Below the pieces are notes generated by a model that made no database searches, was not told where the DNA came from, and saw nothing but the letters and a program-made list of their open reading frames with translations. From the NCBI RefSeq assembly GCF_009914755.1, contig NC_060939.1: a DNA stretch of 64,000 nucleotides; one strand, given 5' to 3'. Position 1 is the stretch's first letter, and every line of letters begins with the position of its first letter. Positions 41,801-56,068 of this stretch are shown piece after piece. A program made the translations under genes and the position numbers. This DNA comes from the human T2T-CHM13v2.0 reference genome, Homo sapiens.

Positions 41801-44800
41801 GTCACATATCTCTGCACTGATCACCCAGGTGATGTAACTCTTGTCTAGGCTCTGCTTCCAGGACATATTGTGACATATCTATGCACTGATCACCTTAGTG
41901 ATGTAACACTTTGGTAGGCTCGGCCTACAGGGGAATCTTGACATATCTCTGCACTGTTAACCGAGGTGATTTAACTCTTGTCTAGGCTGTGCCCACAGGG
42001 GGATTGAGTCATATCTCTGCACTGATCCCGAGGTGATACAACTCTTGCCTGGTCTCTGCCTACTGTGGACATTGGGACATATCTCTGCACTGATCTCCCA
42101 GGTGTTGTAACTTTAGTCTAGGCTCTGGCTACACGGCATTGTGACTTATCACTGCACTGATCACCCAGGCGATATAACTCTTCTGTAGGATCTGACCACA
42201 GGGTGCTTTGTGACATATGCCTGCAATGATCTCCCAGGTGATATACCACTTGCCAAGGCTCTGCCTACAGGGGCATTGCAATGTATCTCTGCACTGATCA
42301 CCTAGGTCTTGTAGCTATTTTCTAGGATCTGCCTACAGGGTGCTTTGTGACGTGTCCCAGCAAGGATTACCCAGGTGATGTAACTCTCATCAAGGCTCTG
42401 CCTACAGGCACATTGTGATGTATCTCTGCACTGATCACCTCGGTCATGTAACTTTTTTCTAGGCTCTACCTACGATGGCATTGTGACATATCTCGGCACT
42501 AATCATCCAAGTGATTTAAATCTTGTCTAGGATGTGCCTAAATTAACTTTTTGACATAACCCTGTACTGATCATCCAGGTGATGGAGCTTTTGTCTAGGC
42601 TCTGCCTAAGGGGGCATTGTGACATATTTCTGCATTGATCACCCAGGTGGCGAACTCTTCTCTCGGATCTGCCTATGGGGCATTGTGAGAAATCTCTGCA
42701 CTGATCACCCAGGTGATGTAACTCTTGTGTAACCTCTGCCTACACGGGAATTGTGAGAGATCTCGTCACTGATTACCCAAGTGATGTAACCATTGTCTAG
42801 GCTTTGCGTATAGGGGGCTTTGTGACATACCTTTGCACTGATCACCCAGGTGATGTAACACATCTAAGTTCGGCCTAAAGGAGCTTTGTGACATATCTCT
42901 GCACTGATCACTTAGGTGATGTAACACTTTTATAATCACTGCCTACAGGGAATTTTGACAAATCTCTGCACTGATCACCTAGGTGATGTAACTCTTGTCT
43001 ACCCTCTGTCCAACGGGGCATTGTGAAATGTCTCTGCACTGATCACCCAGGTGATTCAACTCTTGACTAGGAACTGCCTACAGAGGTTATTGTGAAATAT
43101 CTCTGCACTGATAAACTAGGTGGTGTAACCCTTGTCCAAGCTCTGCCTACTGGGTCGTTTCCACATATCCCTGCACTGATGACAAAGGTGATGTAACTCT
43201 TGCCTAGGCTTTGCCTACAGGGAACTTTGGACATATATCTGCACTGATCACCCATTTGATGCAACTCTTTCCTAGGCTTTGCCTACAGGGGACATTGTGA
43301 CATATCTCTTCAATGATCACTCATGTGATGCATCTCTTGCCTAGGCTTTGCCTACAGGGGACATTGTGACATATCTCTGCACTGATCTCCCAGGTGCTGT
43401 AACTTTAGTCTAGGCTCTGGCTACACGGCATTGTGACCTACCTCTGCACTGGTCACCCAGGTGATATAACTTTTCTCTAGGATCTGCCTACAGGGTACTT
43501 TGTGACATATCCCTGCACTGATCACCCAGGTGATCTAACTCTGGTCTAAGCTCTGCCTAAAGGGGCATTGTGACAGACCTCTGCACTGATCACTCTGGTG
43601 ATGTAAGTATTGTCTAGGCTCTGCTTCAAGGGGCCTTGTCACGTATCTCTGCACTGATCACCCAGGTGATGTAACTCTTGTCTACTCTCTGCTTCCAGGG
43701 CATATTGTGACATATCTATGCACTGATCACCTTAGTGATGTAACACTTTGGAAGGCTCGGCCTACAGGGGAATCTTGACATATCTCTGCACTGTTAACCG
43801 AGGTGATTTAACTCTTGTCTAGGCTGTGCCCACAGGGGGATTGAGACATATCTCTGCACTGATCCCGAGGTGATACAACTCTTGCCTGGTCTCTGCCTAC
43901 TGTGGACATTGTGACATATCTCTGCACTGATCTCCCAGGTGCTGTAACTTTAGTCTAGGCTCTGGCTACATGGCATTGTGACATATCACTGCACTGATCA
44001 CCCAGGCGATATAACTCTTCTGTAGGATCTGACCACAGGGTGCTTTGTGACATATCCCTGCAATGATCACCCAGGTGATATACCACTTGCCAAGGCTCTG
44101 CCTACAGGGGCATTGCAATGTATCTCTGCACTGATCACCTAGGTCTTGTAGCTATTTTCTAGGATCTGCCTACAGGGTGCTTTGTGACGTGTCCCAGCAA
44201 GGATTACCCAGGTGATGTACCTCTCATCAAGGCTCTGCCTACAGGCACATTGTGATGTATCTCTGCACTGATCACCTCGGTCATGTAACTTTTTTCTAGG
44301 CTCTACCTACGATGGCATTGTGACATATCTCTGCACTAATCATCCAAGTGATGTAAATCTTGTCTAGGATGTGCCTAAATTAACTTTTTGACATAACCCT
44401 GTACTGATCATCCAGGTGATGGAGCTTTTGTCTAGGCTCTGCCTAAGGGGGCATTGTGACATATTTCTGCATTGATCACCCAGGTGGCGAACTCTTCTCT
44501 CGGATCTGCCTATGGGGGCATTGTGAGAAATCTGTGCACTGATCACCCAGGTGATGTAACTGTTGTGTAACCTATGCCTACAGGGGAATTGTGAGAGATC
44601 TCGTCACTGATTACCCAAGTGATGTAACCATTGTCTAGGCTTTGCGTACAGGGGGCTTTGTGACATACCTTTGCACTGATCACCCAGGTGATGTAACACA
44701 TCTAAGTTCGGCCTAAAGGAGCTTTGTGACATATCTCTGCACTGATCACTTAGGTGATGTAACACTTTTATAATCACTGCCTACAGGGAATTTTGACAAA

Positions 44801-46201
44801 TCTCTGCACTGATCACCTAGGTGATGTAACTCTTGTCTACCCTCTGTCCAACGGGGCACTGTGAAATATCTCTGCACTGATCACCCAGGTGATTCAACTC
44901 TTGACTAGGAACTGCCTACAGAGGTTATTGTGAAATATCTCTGCACTGATAAACTAGGTGGTGTAACACTTGTCCAAGCTCTAACTACAGGGGCGTTTCC
45001 ACATATCCCTGAACTGATGACAAAGGTGATGTAACACTTGCCTAGGCTTTGCCTACGGGGAACATTGGACATATATCTGCACTGATCACCCAAGTGATGC
45101 AACTCTTGCCTAGGCTTTGCCTACAGGGGACATTGTGACATATCTCTTCAATGATCACTCATGTGATGCATCTCTTGCCTAGGCTTTGCCTACAGGGGAC
45201 ATTGTGACATATCTCTGCACTGATCTCCCAGGTGCTGTAACTTTAGTCTAGGCTCTGGCTACACGGCATTGTGACCTACCTCTGCAATGATCACCCAGGT
45301 GATATAACTCTTCTCTAGGATCTGCCTACAGGGTACTTTGTGACATATCCCTGCACTGATCACCCAAGTGATCTAACTCTGTTCTAAGCTCTGCCTAAAG
45401 GGGCATTGTGACAGATCTCTGCACTGATCACTCTGGTGATGTAAGTATTGTCTAAGCTCTGCTTCAAGGGGCCTTGTCACATATCTCTGCACTGATCACC
45501 CAGGTGAAGTAACTATTGTTTAGGCTCTGCTTCCAGGGCATATTGTGACATATCTATGCACTGATCACCTTAGTGATGTAACACTTTGGTAGGCTCGGCC
45601 TACAGGGGAATCTTGACATATCTCTGCACTGTTAAGCGAGGTGATTTAACTCTTGTCTAGGCTGTGCCCACAGGGGTATTGAGACATATCTCTGCACTGA
45701 TCCCGAGGTGATACAACTCTTGCCTGGTCTCTGCCTACTGTGGACATTGTGACATATCTCTGCACTGATCTCCCAGGTGCTGTAACTTTAGTCTAGGCTC
45801 TGGCTACATGGCATTGTGACATATCACTGCACTGATCACCCAGGCGATATAACTCTTCTCTAGGATCTGACCACAGGGTGCTTTGTGACATATCCCTGCA
45901 ATGATCACCCAGGTGATATACCACTTGCCAAGGCTCTGCCTACAGGGGCATTGCAATGTATCTCTGCACTGATCACCTAGGTCTTGTAGCTATATTCTAG
46001 GTTCTGCCTACAGGGTGCTTTGTGACGTGTCCCAGCAAGGATTACCCAGGTGATGTACCTCTCATCAAGGCTCTGCCTACAGGCACATTGTGATGTATCT
46101 CTGCACTGATCACCTCGGTCATGTAACTTTTTTCTAGGCTCTACCTACGATGGCATTGTGACATATCTCTGCACTAATCATCCAAGTGATGTAACACTTG
46201 T
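38853..46201. repeat. Four tandem 27-mer HOR variant C units (1836-1838 bp), M14/M15 fusion
   Basis: Landmarks at 38853, 40689, 42527, 44364 and 46202. The fused monomer GGCTACACGGCATTGTGACCTACCTCTGCA lies at ~39750, ~41585 (locally mutated), ~43425 and ~45262. Confidence 0.92.
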
Positions 46202-49200
46202 CTAGGATGTGCCTAAATTAACTTTTTGACATAACCCTGTACTGATCATCCAGGTGATGGGGCTTTTGTCTAGGCTCTGCCTAAGGGGGCATTGTGACAT
46301 ATTTCTGCATTGATCACCCAGGTGGCGAACTCTTCTCTCGGATCTGCCTATGGGGGCATTGTGAGAAATCTCTGCACTGATCACCCAGGTGATGTAACTG
46401 TTGTGTAACCTCTGCCTACAGGGGAATTTTGAGAGATCTCGCCACTGATTACCCAAGTGATGTAACCATGGTCTAGGCTTTGCGTACAGGGGGCTTTGTG
46501 ACATACCTTTGCACTGATCACCCAGGTGTTGTAACACATCTAAGTTCGGCCTAAAGGAGCTTTGTGACAGATCTCTGCACTGATCACTTAGGTGATGTAA
46601 CACTTTTATAATCACTGCCTACAGGGAATTTTGACAAATCTCTGCACTGATCACCTAGGTGATGTAACTCTTGTCTTCCCTCTGTCCAACGGGGCATTGT
46701 GAAATATCTCTGCACTGAACACCCAAGTGATTCAACTCTTGACTAGGAACTGCCTACAGAGGTTATTGTGAAATATCTCTGCACTGATAAACTTGGTTGT
46801 GTAACCCTTGTCCAAGCTCTGCCTACAGGTGCGTTTCCACATATCCCTGAACTGATGACAAAGGTGCTGTAACTCTTGCCTAGGCTTTGCCTACAGGGGA
46901 CATTGGACATATATCTGCACTGATCACCCAGGTGATGCAACTCTTGCCTAGGCTTTGCCTACAGGGGACACTGTGACATATCTCTTCAATGATCACTCAG
47001 GTGATGCATCTCTTGCCTAGGCTTTGCCAACAGGGGACATTGTGACATATCTCTGCACTGATCTCCCTGGTACTGTAACTTTAGTCTAGGCTCTGGCTAC
47101 ACGGCATTGTGACATCTCACTGCACTGATCAGCCAGGTGATATAACTCTTCTATAGGCTCTGCCTACAGGGGGATTGTGACCTACCTCTGCACTGATCAC
47201 CCAGGTGATATAACTCTTCTCTAGGATCTGCCTAGAGGGTGCTTTGTGACATATCCCTGCACTGATCTCCCAGGTGACCTAACTCTGGTCTAAGCTCTGC
47301 CTAAAGGGGCATTGTGACAGATCTCTGCACTGATCACTCAGGTGATGTAACTATTGTCTAGGCTCTGCTTAATGGGGCCTTGTCACATATCCCTGCACTG
47401 ATCACCCAGGTAATGTAACTCTTGTCTAGGCTCTGCTTCCAGGGCATATTGTGACATAACTATGCACTGATCACCTTAGTGATGTAACACTTGTGTAGTC
47501 TCGGCCTACAGAGGAATCTTGACCTATCTCTGCACTGTTAAATGAGGTGATTTAACTCTTGTCTAGGCTGTGCCCACAGGGGGATTGAGACATATCTCTG
47601 CACTGATCCTGAGGTGATCCAACTCTTGCCTAGTCTCTGCCTACTGGGGACATTGTGACATATCTCTGCACTGATCTCCCAGGTGCTGTAAATTTTGTCT
47701 AGGCTCTGGCTACATGGCATTGTGACTTATCACTGCACTGATCACCCAGGAGATACAACTCTTGTCTAGGCTCTGCCTACAATGGTCTTGTGACATATCT
47801 CTGCACTGATCACCCAGGTGATATAACTCTTCTCTAGGATCTGACCACGGGGTGCTTTTTGACATATCCCTGCAATGATCACAGAGGTGATATACCACTT
47901 GCCAAGGCTCTGCTTACAGGGGCATTGCAATGTATCTCTGCACTGATCACCTAGGACTTGTAGCTATTTTCTAGGATCTGCCTACAGGGTGCTTTGTGAC
48001 GGGTCCCAGCAAGGATTACCCAGGTGATGTACCTCTCATCAAGGCTCTGCCTACAGGCACATTGCGATATATCTCTGCACTGATCACCAAGGTCATGTAA
48101 CTTTTGTCTAGGCTCTACCTACGATGGCATTGTGACATATCTCTGCATTAATCATCCAAGTGATGTAACACTTGTCTAGGATGTGCCTAATTTAACTATT
48201 TGACATAACCCTGTACTGATCATCCAGGTGATGGGGCTTTTGTCTAGGCTCTGCCTAAGGGGGCATTGTGACATATTTCTGCATTGATCACCCAGGTGGC
48301 GAACTCTTCTCTCGGATCTGCCTATGGGGGTATTGTGAGAAATCTCTGCACTGATCACCCAGGTGATGTAACTGTTGTGTAACCTCTGCCTACAGGGGAA
48401 TTGTGAGAGATCTCTCCACTGATTACCCAAGTGATGTAACCATTGTCTAGGCTTTGCGTACAGGGGGCCTTGTGACATACCTTTGCACTGATCACCCAGG
48501 TGATGTAACACATCTAAGTTCGGCCTAAAGGAGCTTTGTGACACATCTCTGCACTGATCACTTAGGTGATGTAACACTTTTATAATCACTGCCTACAGGG
48601 AATTTTGACAAATCTCTGCACTGATCACCTAGGTGATGTAACTCTTGTCTACCCTCCGTCCAACGGGGCATTGTGAAATATCTCAGCACTGAACACCCAG
48701 GTGAATCAACTCTTGACTAGGAACTGCCTACAGAGGTTATTGTGAAATATCTCTGCACTGATAAACTAGGTGGTGTAAATTTTGTCCAAGCTCTGCCTAC
48801 AGGGGCGTTTCCACATATCCCTGAACTGACGACAAAGGTGATGTAACTCTTGCCTAGGCTTTGCCTACAGGGGACATTGGACATATATCTGCACTGATCA
48901 CCCAGGTGATGCAACTCTTGCCTAGGCTTTGCCTACAGGGGACACTGTGACATATCTCTTCAATGATCACTCATGTGATGCATCTCTTGCCTAGGCTTTG
49001 CCAACAGGGGACGTTGTGACATATCTCTGCACTGATCTCCCTGGTACTGTAACTTTAGTCTAGGCTCTGGCTACACGGCATTGTGACATATCACTGCACT
49101 GATCAACCAGGTGATATAACTCTTGTATAGGCTCTGCGTACAGGGGGATTGTGACCTACCTCTGCACTGATCACCCAGGTGATATAACCCTTCTCTAGGA

Positions 49201-52200
49201 TCTGCCTACAGGGTGCTTTGTGACATATCCCTGCACTGATCTCCCAGGAGACCTAACTCTGGTCTAAGCTCTGCCTAAAGGGGCATTGTGACAGATCTCT
49301 GCACTGATCACTCAGGTGATGTAACTATTGTCTAGGCTCTGCTTAAAGGGGCCTTGTCACATATCCCTGCACTGATCACCCAGGTGATGTAACTCTTGTC
49401 TAGGCTCTGCTTCCAGGGCGTATTGTGACATAACTATGCACTGACCACCTTAGTGATGTAACACTTGTGTAGGCTCGGCCTACAGAGGAATCTTGACATA
49501 TCTCTGCCCTGTTAAACGAGGTGATTTAACTCTTGTCTAGGCTGTGCCCACAGGGGGATTGAGACATATCTCTGCACTCATCCTGAGGTGATCCAACTCT
49601 TGCTTGGTCTCTGCCTACTGGGGACATTGTGACACATCTCTGCACTGATCTCCCAGGTTCTGTAAATTTTGTCTAGGCTCTGGCTACACGGCATTGTGAC
49701 TTATCACTGCACTGATCACCCAGGCGATACAACTCTTGTCTAGGCTCTGCCTACAATGGTCTTGTGACATATCTCTGCACTGATCACCCAGGTGATATAA
49801 CTCTTCTCTAGGATCTGACCACGGGGTGCTTTTTGACATATCCCTGCAATGATCACAGAGGTGATGTACCACTTGCCAAGGCTCTGCTTACAGGGGCATT
49901 GCAATGTATCTCTGCACTGATCACCTAGGACTTGTAGCTATTTTCTAGGATCTGCCTACAGGGTGCTTTGTGACGGGTCCCAGCAAGGATTACCCAGGTG
50001 ATGTACCTCTCATCAAGGTTCTGCCTACAGGCACATTGCGATATATCTCTGCACTGATCACCAAGGTCATGTAACTTTTGTCTAGGCTCTACCTACGATG
50101 GCATTGTGACATATCTCTGCATTAATCATCCAAGTGATGTAACACTTGTCTAGGATGTGCCTAATTTAACTATTTGACATAACCCTGTACTGATCATCCA
50201 GGTGATGGGGCTTTTGTCTAGGCTCTGCCTAAGGGGGCATTGTGACATATTTCTGCATTGATCATCCAGGTGGCGAACTCTTCTCTCGGATCTGCCTATG
50301 GGGGTATTGTGAGAAATCTCTGCACTGATCAGCCAGGTGATGTAACTGTTGTGTAACCTCTGCCTACAGGGGAATTGTGAGAGATCTCTCCACTGATTAC
50401 CCAAGTGATGTAACCATTGTCTAGGCTTTGCGTACAGGGGGCTTTGTGACATACCTTTGCACTGATCACCCAGGTGATGTAACACATCTAAGTTCGGCCT
50501 AAAGGAGGTTTGTGACACATCTCTGCACTGATCACTTAGGTGATGTAACACTTTTATAATCACTGCCTACAGGGAATTTTGACAAATCTCTGCACTGATC
50601 ACCTAGGTGATGTAACTCTTGTCTACCCTCTGTCCAACGGGGCATTGTGAAATATCTCAGCACTGAACACCCAGGTGATTCAACTCTTGACTAGAACTGC
50701 CTACAGAGGTTATTGTGAAATATCTCTGCACTGATAAACTAGGTGGTGTAACCCTTGTCCAAGCTCTGCCTACAGGGGCGTTTCCACATATCCCTGAACT
50801 GAAGACAAAGGTGATGTAACTCTTGCCTAGGCTTTGCCCACAGGGGCATTGGACATATATCTTCACTGATCACCCAGGTGATGCAACTCTTGCCTAGGCT
50901 TTGTCTACAGGGGACACTGTGACATATCTCTTCAATGATCACTCATGTGATGCATCTCTTGCCTAGGCTTTGCCAACAGGGGACATTGTGACATATCTCT
51001 GCACTGATCTGCCTGGTACTGTAACTTTAGTCTAGGCTCTGGCTACACGGCATTGTGACATATCACTGCACTGATCAACCAGGTGATATAACTCTTGTAT
51101 AGGCTCTGCCTACAGGGGATTGTGACCTACCTCTGCACTGATCACCCAGCTGATATAACTCTTCTCTAGGATCTGCCTACAGGGTGCTTTGTGTCATATC
51201 CCTGCACTGATCACCCAGGTGACCTAACTCTGGTCTAAGCTCTGCCTAAAGGGGCATTGTGACAGATCTCTGCACTGATCACTCAGGTGATGTAACAATT
51301 GTCTAGGCTCTGCTTAAAGGGGCCTTGTCACATATCCCTGCACTGATCACCCAGGTGATGTAACTCTTGTCTAGGCTCTGCTTCCAGGGCATATTGTGAC
51401 ATAACTATGCACTGATCACCTTAGTGATGTAACACTTGTGTAGGCTCGGCCTACAGAGGAATCTTGACATATCTCGGCACTGTTAAACGAGGTGATTTAA
51501 CTCTTGTCTAGGCTGTGCCCACAGGGGGATTGAGACATATCTCTGCACTGATCCCGAGGTGATCCAACTCTTGCCTGGTCTCTGCCTACTGGGGACATTG
51601 TGACATATCTCTGCACTGATCTCTCTGGTGCTGTAAATTTTGTCTAGGCTCTGGCTACACGGCATTGTGACTTATCACTGCACTGATCACCCAGGCGATA
51701 CAACTCTTGTCTAGGCTCTGCCTACAATGGTCTTGTGACATATCTCTGCACTGATCACCCAGGTGATATAACTCTTCTCTAGGATCTGACCACGGGGTGC
51801 TTTGTGACATATCCCTGAAATGATCACCCAGGTGATATACCACTTGCCAAGGCTCTGCTTACAGGGGCATTGCAATGTATCTCTGCACTGCTCACCTAGA
51901 TCTTGTAGCTATTTTCTAGGATCTGCCTACAGGGTGCTTTGTGACGTGTCCCAGCAAGGATTACCCAGGTGATGTACCTCTCATCAAGGCTCTGCCTACA
52001 GGCACATTGCGATATATCTCTGCACTGATCACATAGGTCATGTAACTTTTGTCTAGGCTCTACCTACGATGGTATTGTGACATATCTCTGCACTAATCAT
52101 CCAAGTGATGTAACACTTGTCTAGGATGTGCCTAAATTAACTTTTTGACATAACCCTGTACTGATCATCCAGGTGATGGGGCTTTTGTCTAGGCTCTGCC

Positions 52201-55200
52201 TAAGGGGGCATTGTGACATATTTCTGCATTGATCACCCAGGTGGCGAACTCTTCTCTCGGATCTGCCTATGGGGGCATTGTGAGAAATCTCTGCACTGAT
52301 CACCCAGGTGATGTAACTGTTGTGTAACCTCTGCCTACAGGGGAATTGTGAGAGATCTCGCCACTGATTACCCAAGTGATGTAACCATTGTCTAGGCTTT
52401 GCGTACAGGGGGCTTTGTGACATACCTTTGCACTGATCACCCAGGTGATGTAACACATCTAAGTTCGGCCTAAAAGAGCTTTGTGACAGATCTCTGCACT
52501 GATCACTTAGGTGATGTAACACTTTTATAATCACTGCCTACAGGGAATTTTGACAAATCTCTGCACTGATCACCTAGGTGATGTAACTCTTGTCTACCCT
52601 CTGTCCAACGGGACATTGTGAAATATCTCTGCACTGAACACCCATGTGATTCAACTCTTGACTAGGAACTGCCTACAGAGGTTATTGTGAAATATCTCTG
52701 CACTGATAAACTAGGTTGTGTAACCCTTGTCCAAGCTCTGCCTACAGGGGCGTTTCCACATATCCCTGAACTGATGACAAAGGTGATGTAACTCTTGCCT
52801 AGGCTTTGCCTACAGGGGACATTGGACATATATCTGCACTGATCACCCAGGTGATGCAACTCTTGCCTAGGCTTTGCCTACAGGGGACACTGTGACATAT
52901 CTCTTCAATGATCACTCATGTGATGCATCTCTTGCCTAGGCTTTGCCAACAGGGGACATTGTGACATATCTCTGCACTGATCTCCCTGGTAATGTAACTT
53001 TAGTCTAGGCTCTGGCTACACGGCATTGTGACATATCACTGCACTGATCAACCAGGTGATATAACACTTGTATAGGCTCTGCCTACAGGGGGATTGTGAC
53101 CTACCTCTGCACTGATCACCCAGGTGATATAACTCTTCTCTAGGATCTGCCTACAGGGTGCTTTGTGACATATCCCTGCACTGATCACCCAGGTGACCTA
53201 ACTCTGGTCTAAGCTCTGCCTACAGGGGCATTGTGACAGATCTCTGCACTGATCACTCAGGTGATGTAACTATTGTCTAGGCTCTGCTTAAAGGGGCCTT
53301 GTCACATATCCCTGCACTGATCACCCAGGTGATGTAACTGTTGTCTAGGCTCTGCTTCCAGGGCATATTGTGAGATAACTATGCACTGATCACCTTAGGG
53401 ATGTAACACTTGTGTAGGCTCGGCCTACAGCGGAATCTTGACATATCTCTGCACTGTTAAACGAGGTGATTTAACTCTTGTCTAGGCTGTGCCCACAGGG
53501 GGATTGAGACATATATCTGCACTGATCCCGAGGTGATCCAACTCTTGCCGGGTCTCTGCCTACTGGGGACATTGTGACATATCTCTGCACTGATCTCCCA
53601 GGTGCTGTAAATTTTGTCTAGGCTCTGGCTACACGGCATTGTGACTTATCACTGCACTGATCACCCAGGCGATACAACTCTTGTCTAGGCTCTGCCTACA
53701 ATGGTCTTGTGACATATCTCTGCACTGATCACTCAGGTGATATAACTCTTCTCTAGGATCTGACCACGGGGTGCTTTGTGACATATCCCTGAAATGATCA
53801 CCCAGGTGATATACCACTTGCCAAGGCTCTGCTTACAGGGGCATTGCAATGTATCTCTGCACTGATCACCTAGGTCTTGTAGCTATTTTCTAGGATCTGC
53901 CTACAGGATGCTTTGTGACGGGTCCCAGCAAGGATTACCCAGGTGATGTACCTCTCATCAAGGCTCTGCCTACAGACACATTGCGATATATCTCTGCACT
54001 AATCACCTAGGTCATATAACTTTTGTCTAGGCTCTACCTACGATGGTATTGTGACATATCTCTGCACTAATCGTCCAAGTGATGTAACACTTGTCTAGGA
54101 TGTGCCTAAATTAACTTTTTGACATAACCCTGTACTGATCATCCAGGTGATGGGGCTTTTGTCTAGGCTCTGCCTAAGGGGGCATTGTGACATATTTCTG
54201 CATTGATCACCCAGGTGGCGAACTCTTCTCTCGGATCTTCCTATGGGGGCATTGTGAGAAATCTCTGCACTGATCACCCAGGTGATGTAACTGTTGTGTA
54301 ACCTCTGCCTACAGGGGAATTGTGAGAGATCTCTCCACTGATTACCCAAGTGATGTAACCATTGTCTAGGCTTTGCATACAGGGGGCTTTGTGACATACC
54401 TTTGCACTGATCACCCAGGTGTTGTAACATATCTAAGTTCGGCCTAAAGGAGCTTTGTGACACATCTCTGCACTGATCACTTAGGTGATGTAACACTTTT
54501 ATAATCACTGCCTACAGGGAATTTTGACAAATCTCTGCACTGATCACCTAGGTGATGTAACTCTTGTCTACCCTCCGTCCAACGGGGCATTGTGTAATAT
54601 CTCAGCACTGAACACCCAGGTGAATCAACTCTTGACTAGGAACTGCCTACAGAGGTTATTGTGAAATATCTCTGCACTGATAAACTAGGTGGTGTAAACC
54701 TTGTTCAAGCTCTGCCTACAGGGGCGTTTCCACATATCCCTGAACTGACGACAAAGGTGATGTAACTCTTGCCTAGGCTTTGCCTACAGGGGACATTGGA
54801 CATATATCTGCACTGATCACCCAGGTGATGCAACTCTTGCCTAGGCTTTGCCTACAGGGGACACTGTGACATATCCCTTCAATGATCACTCATGTGATGC
54901 ATCTCTTGCCTAGGCTTTGCCAACAGGGGACGTTGTGACATATCTCTGCACTGATCTCCCTGGTACTGTAACTTTAGTCTAGGCTCTGGCTACACGGCAT
55001 TGTGACATATCACTGCACTGATCAACCAGGTGATATAACTCTTGTATAGGCTCTGCCTACAGGGGGATTGTGACCTACCTCTGCACTGATCACCCAGGTG
55101 ATATAACTCTTCTCCAGGATCTGCCTACAGGGTGCTTTGTGACATATCCCTGCACTGATCACCCAGGTGACCTAACTCTGGTCTAAGCTCTGTCTAAAGG

Positions 55201-56068
55201 GGCATTGTGACAGATCTCTGCACTGATCACTCAGGTGATGTAACTATTGTCTAGGCTCTGCTTAATGGGGCCTTGTCACATATCCCTGCACTGATCACCC
55301 AGGTGATGTAACTCTTGTCTAGGCTCTGCTTCCAGGGCATATTGTGACATAACTATGCACTGATCACCTTAGTGATGTAACACTTGTGTAGGCTCGGCCT
55401 ACAGAGGAATCTTGACATATCTCTGCACTGTTAAACGAGGTGATTTAACTCTTGTCTAGGCTGTGCCCACAGGGGTATTGAGACATATCTCTGCACTGAT
55501 CCCGAGGTGATCCAACTCTTGCCTGGTCTCTGCCTACTGGGGACATTGTGACATATCTCTGCACTGATCTCCCAGGTTCTGTAAATTTTGTCTAGGCTCT
55601 GGCTACAAGGCATTGTGACATATGACTGCACTGATCACCCAGGCGATACAACTCTTGTCTAGGCTCTGCCTACAATGGTTTTGTGACATGTCTCTGCACT
55701 GACCACCCAGGCGATATAACTCTTCTCTAGGATCTGAACACAGGGTGCATTGTGACATATCCCTGTAATGATCACCCAGGTGATATACCACTTGCCAAGG
55801 CTCTGCCTACAGGGGCATTGCAATGTATCTCTGCACTGATCACCTAGGTCTTGTAGCTATTTTCTAGGGTCTGCCTACAGGGTGATTTGTGACGGGTCCC
55901 AGCAAGGATTACCCAGGTGATGTACCTCCCATCAAGGCTCTGCCTGCAGGCACATTGTGATGTATCTCTGCAGTGATCACCTCGGTCATGTAACTTTTTT
56001 CTGGGCTCTACCTACGATGGCATTGTGACATATCTCTGCACTAATCATCCAAGTGATGTAACTCTTGT
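46202..56068. repeat. Block of five diverged 29-mer HOR units (1971-1974 bp)
   Basis: Landmarks at 46202, 48176, 50150, 52121, 54095 and 56069. An extra monomer CTAGGCTCTGCCTACAATGGTCTTGTGAC starts at 47766, 49740, 51711, 53685 and 55659. The block has many specific substitutions. Confidence 0.93.
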
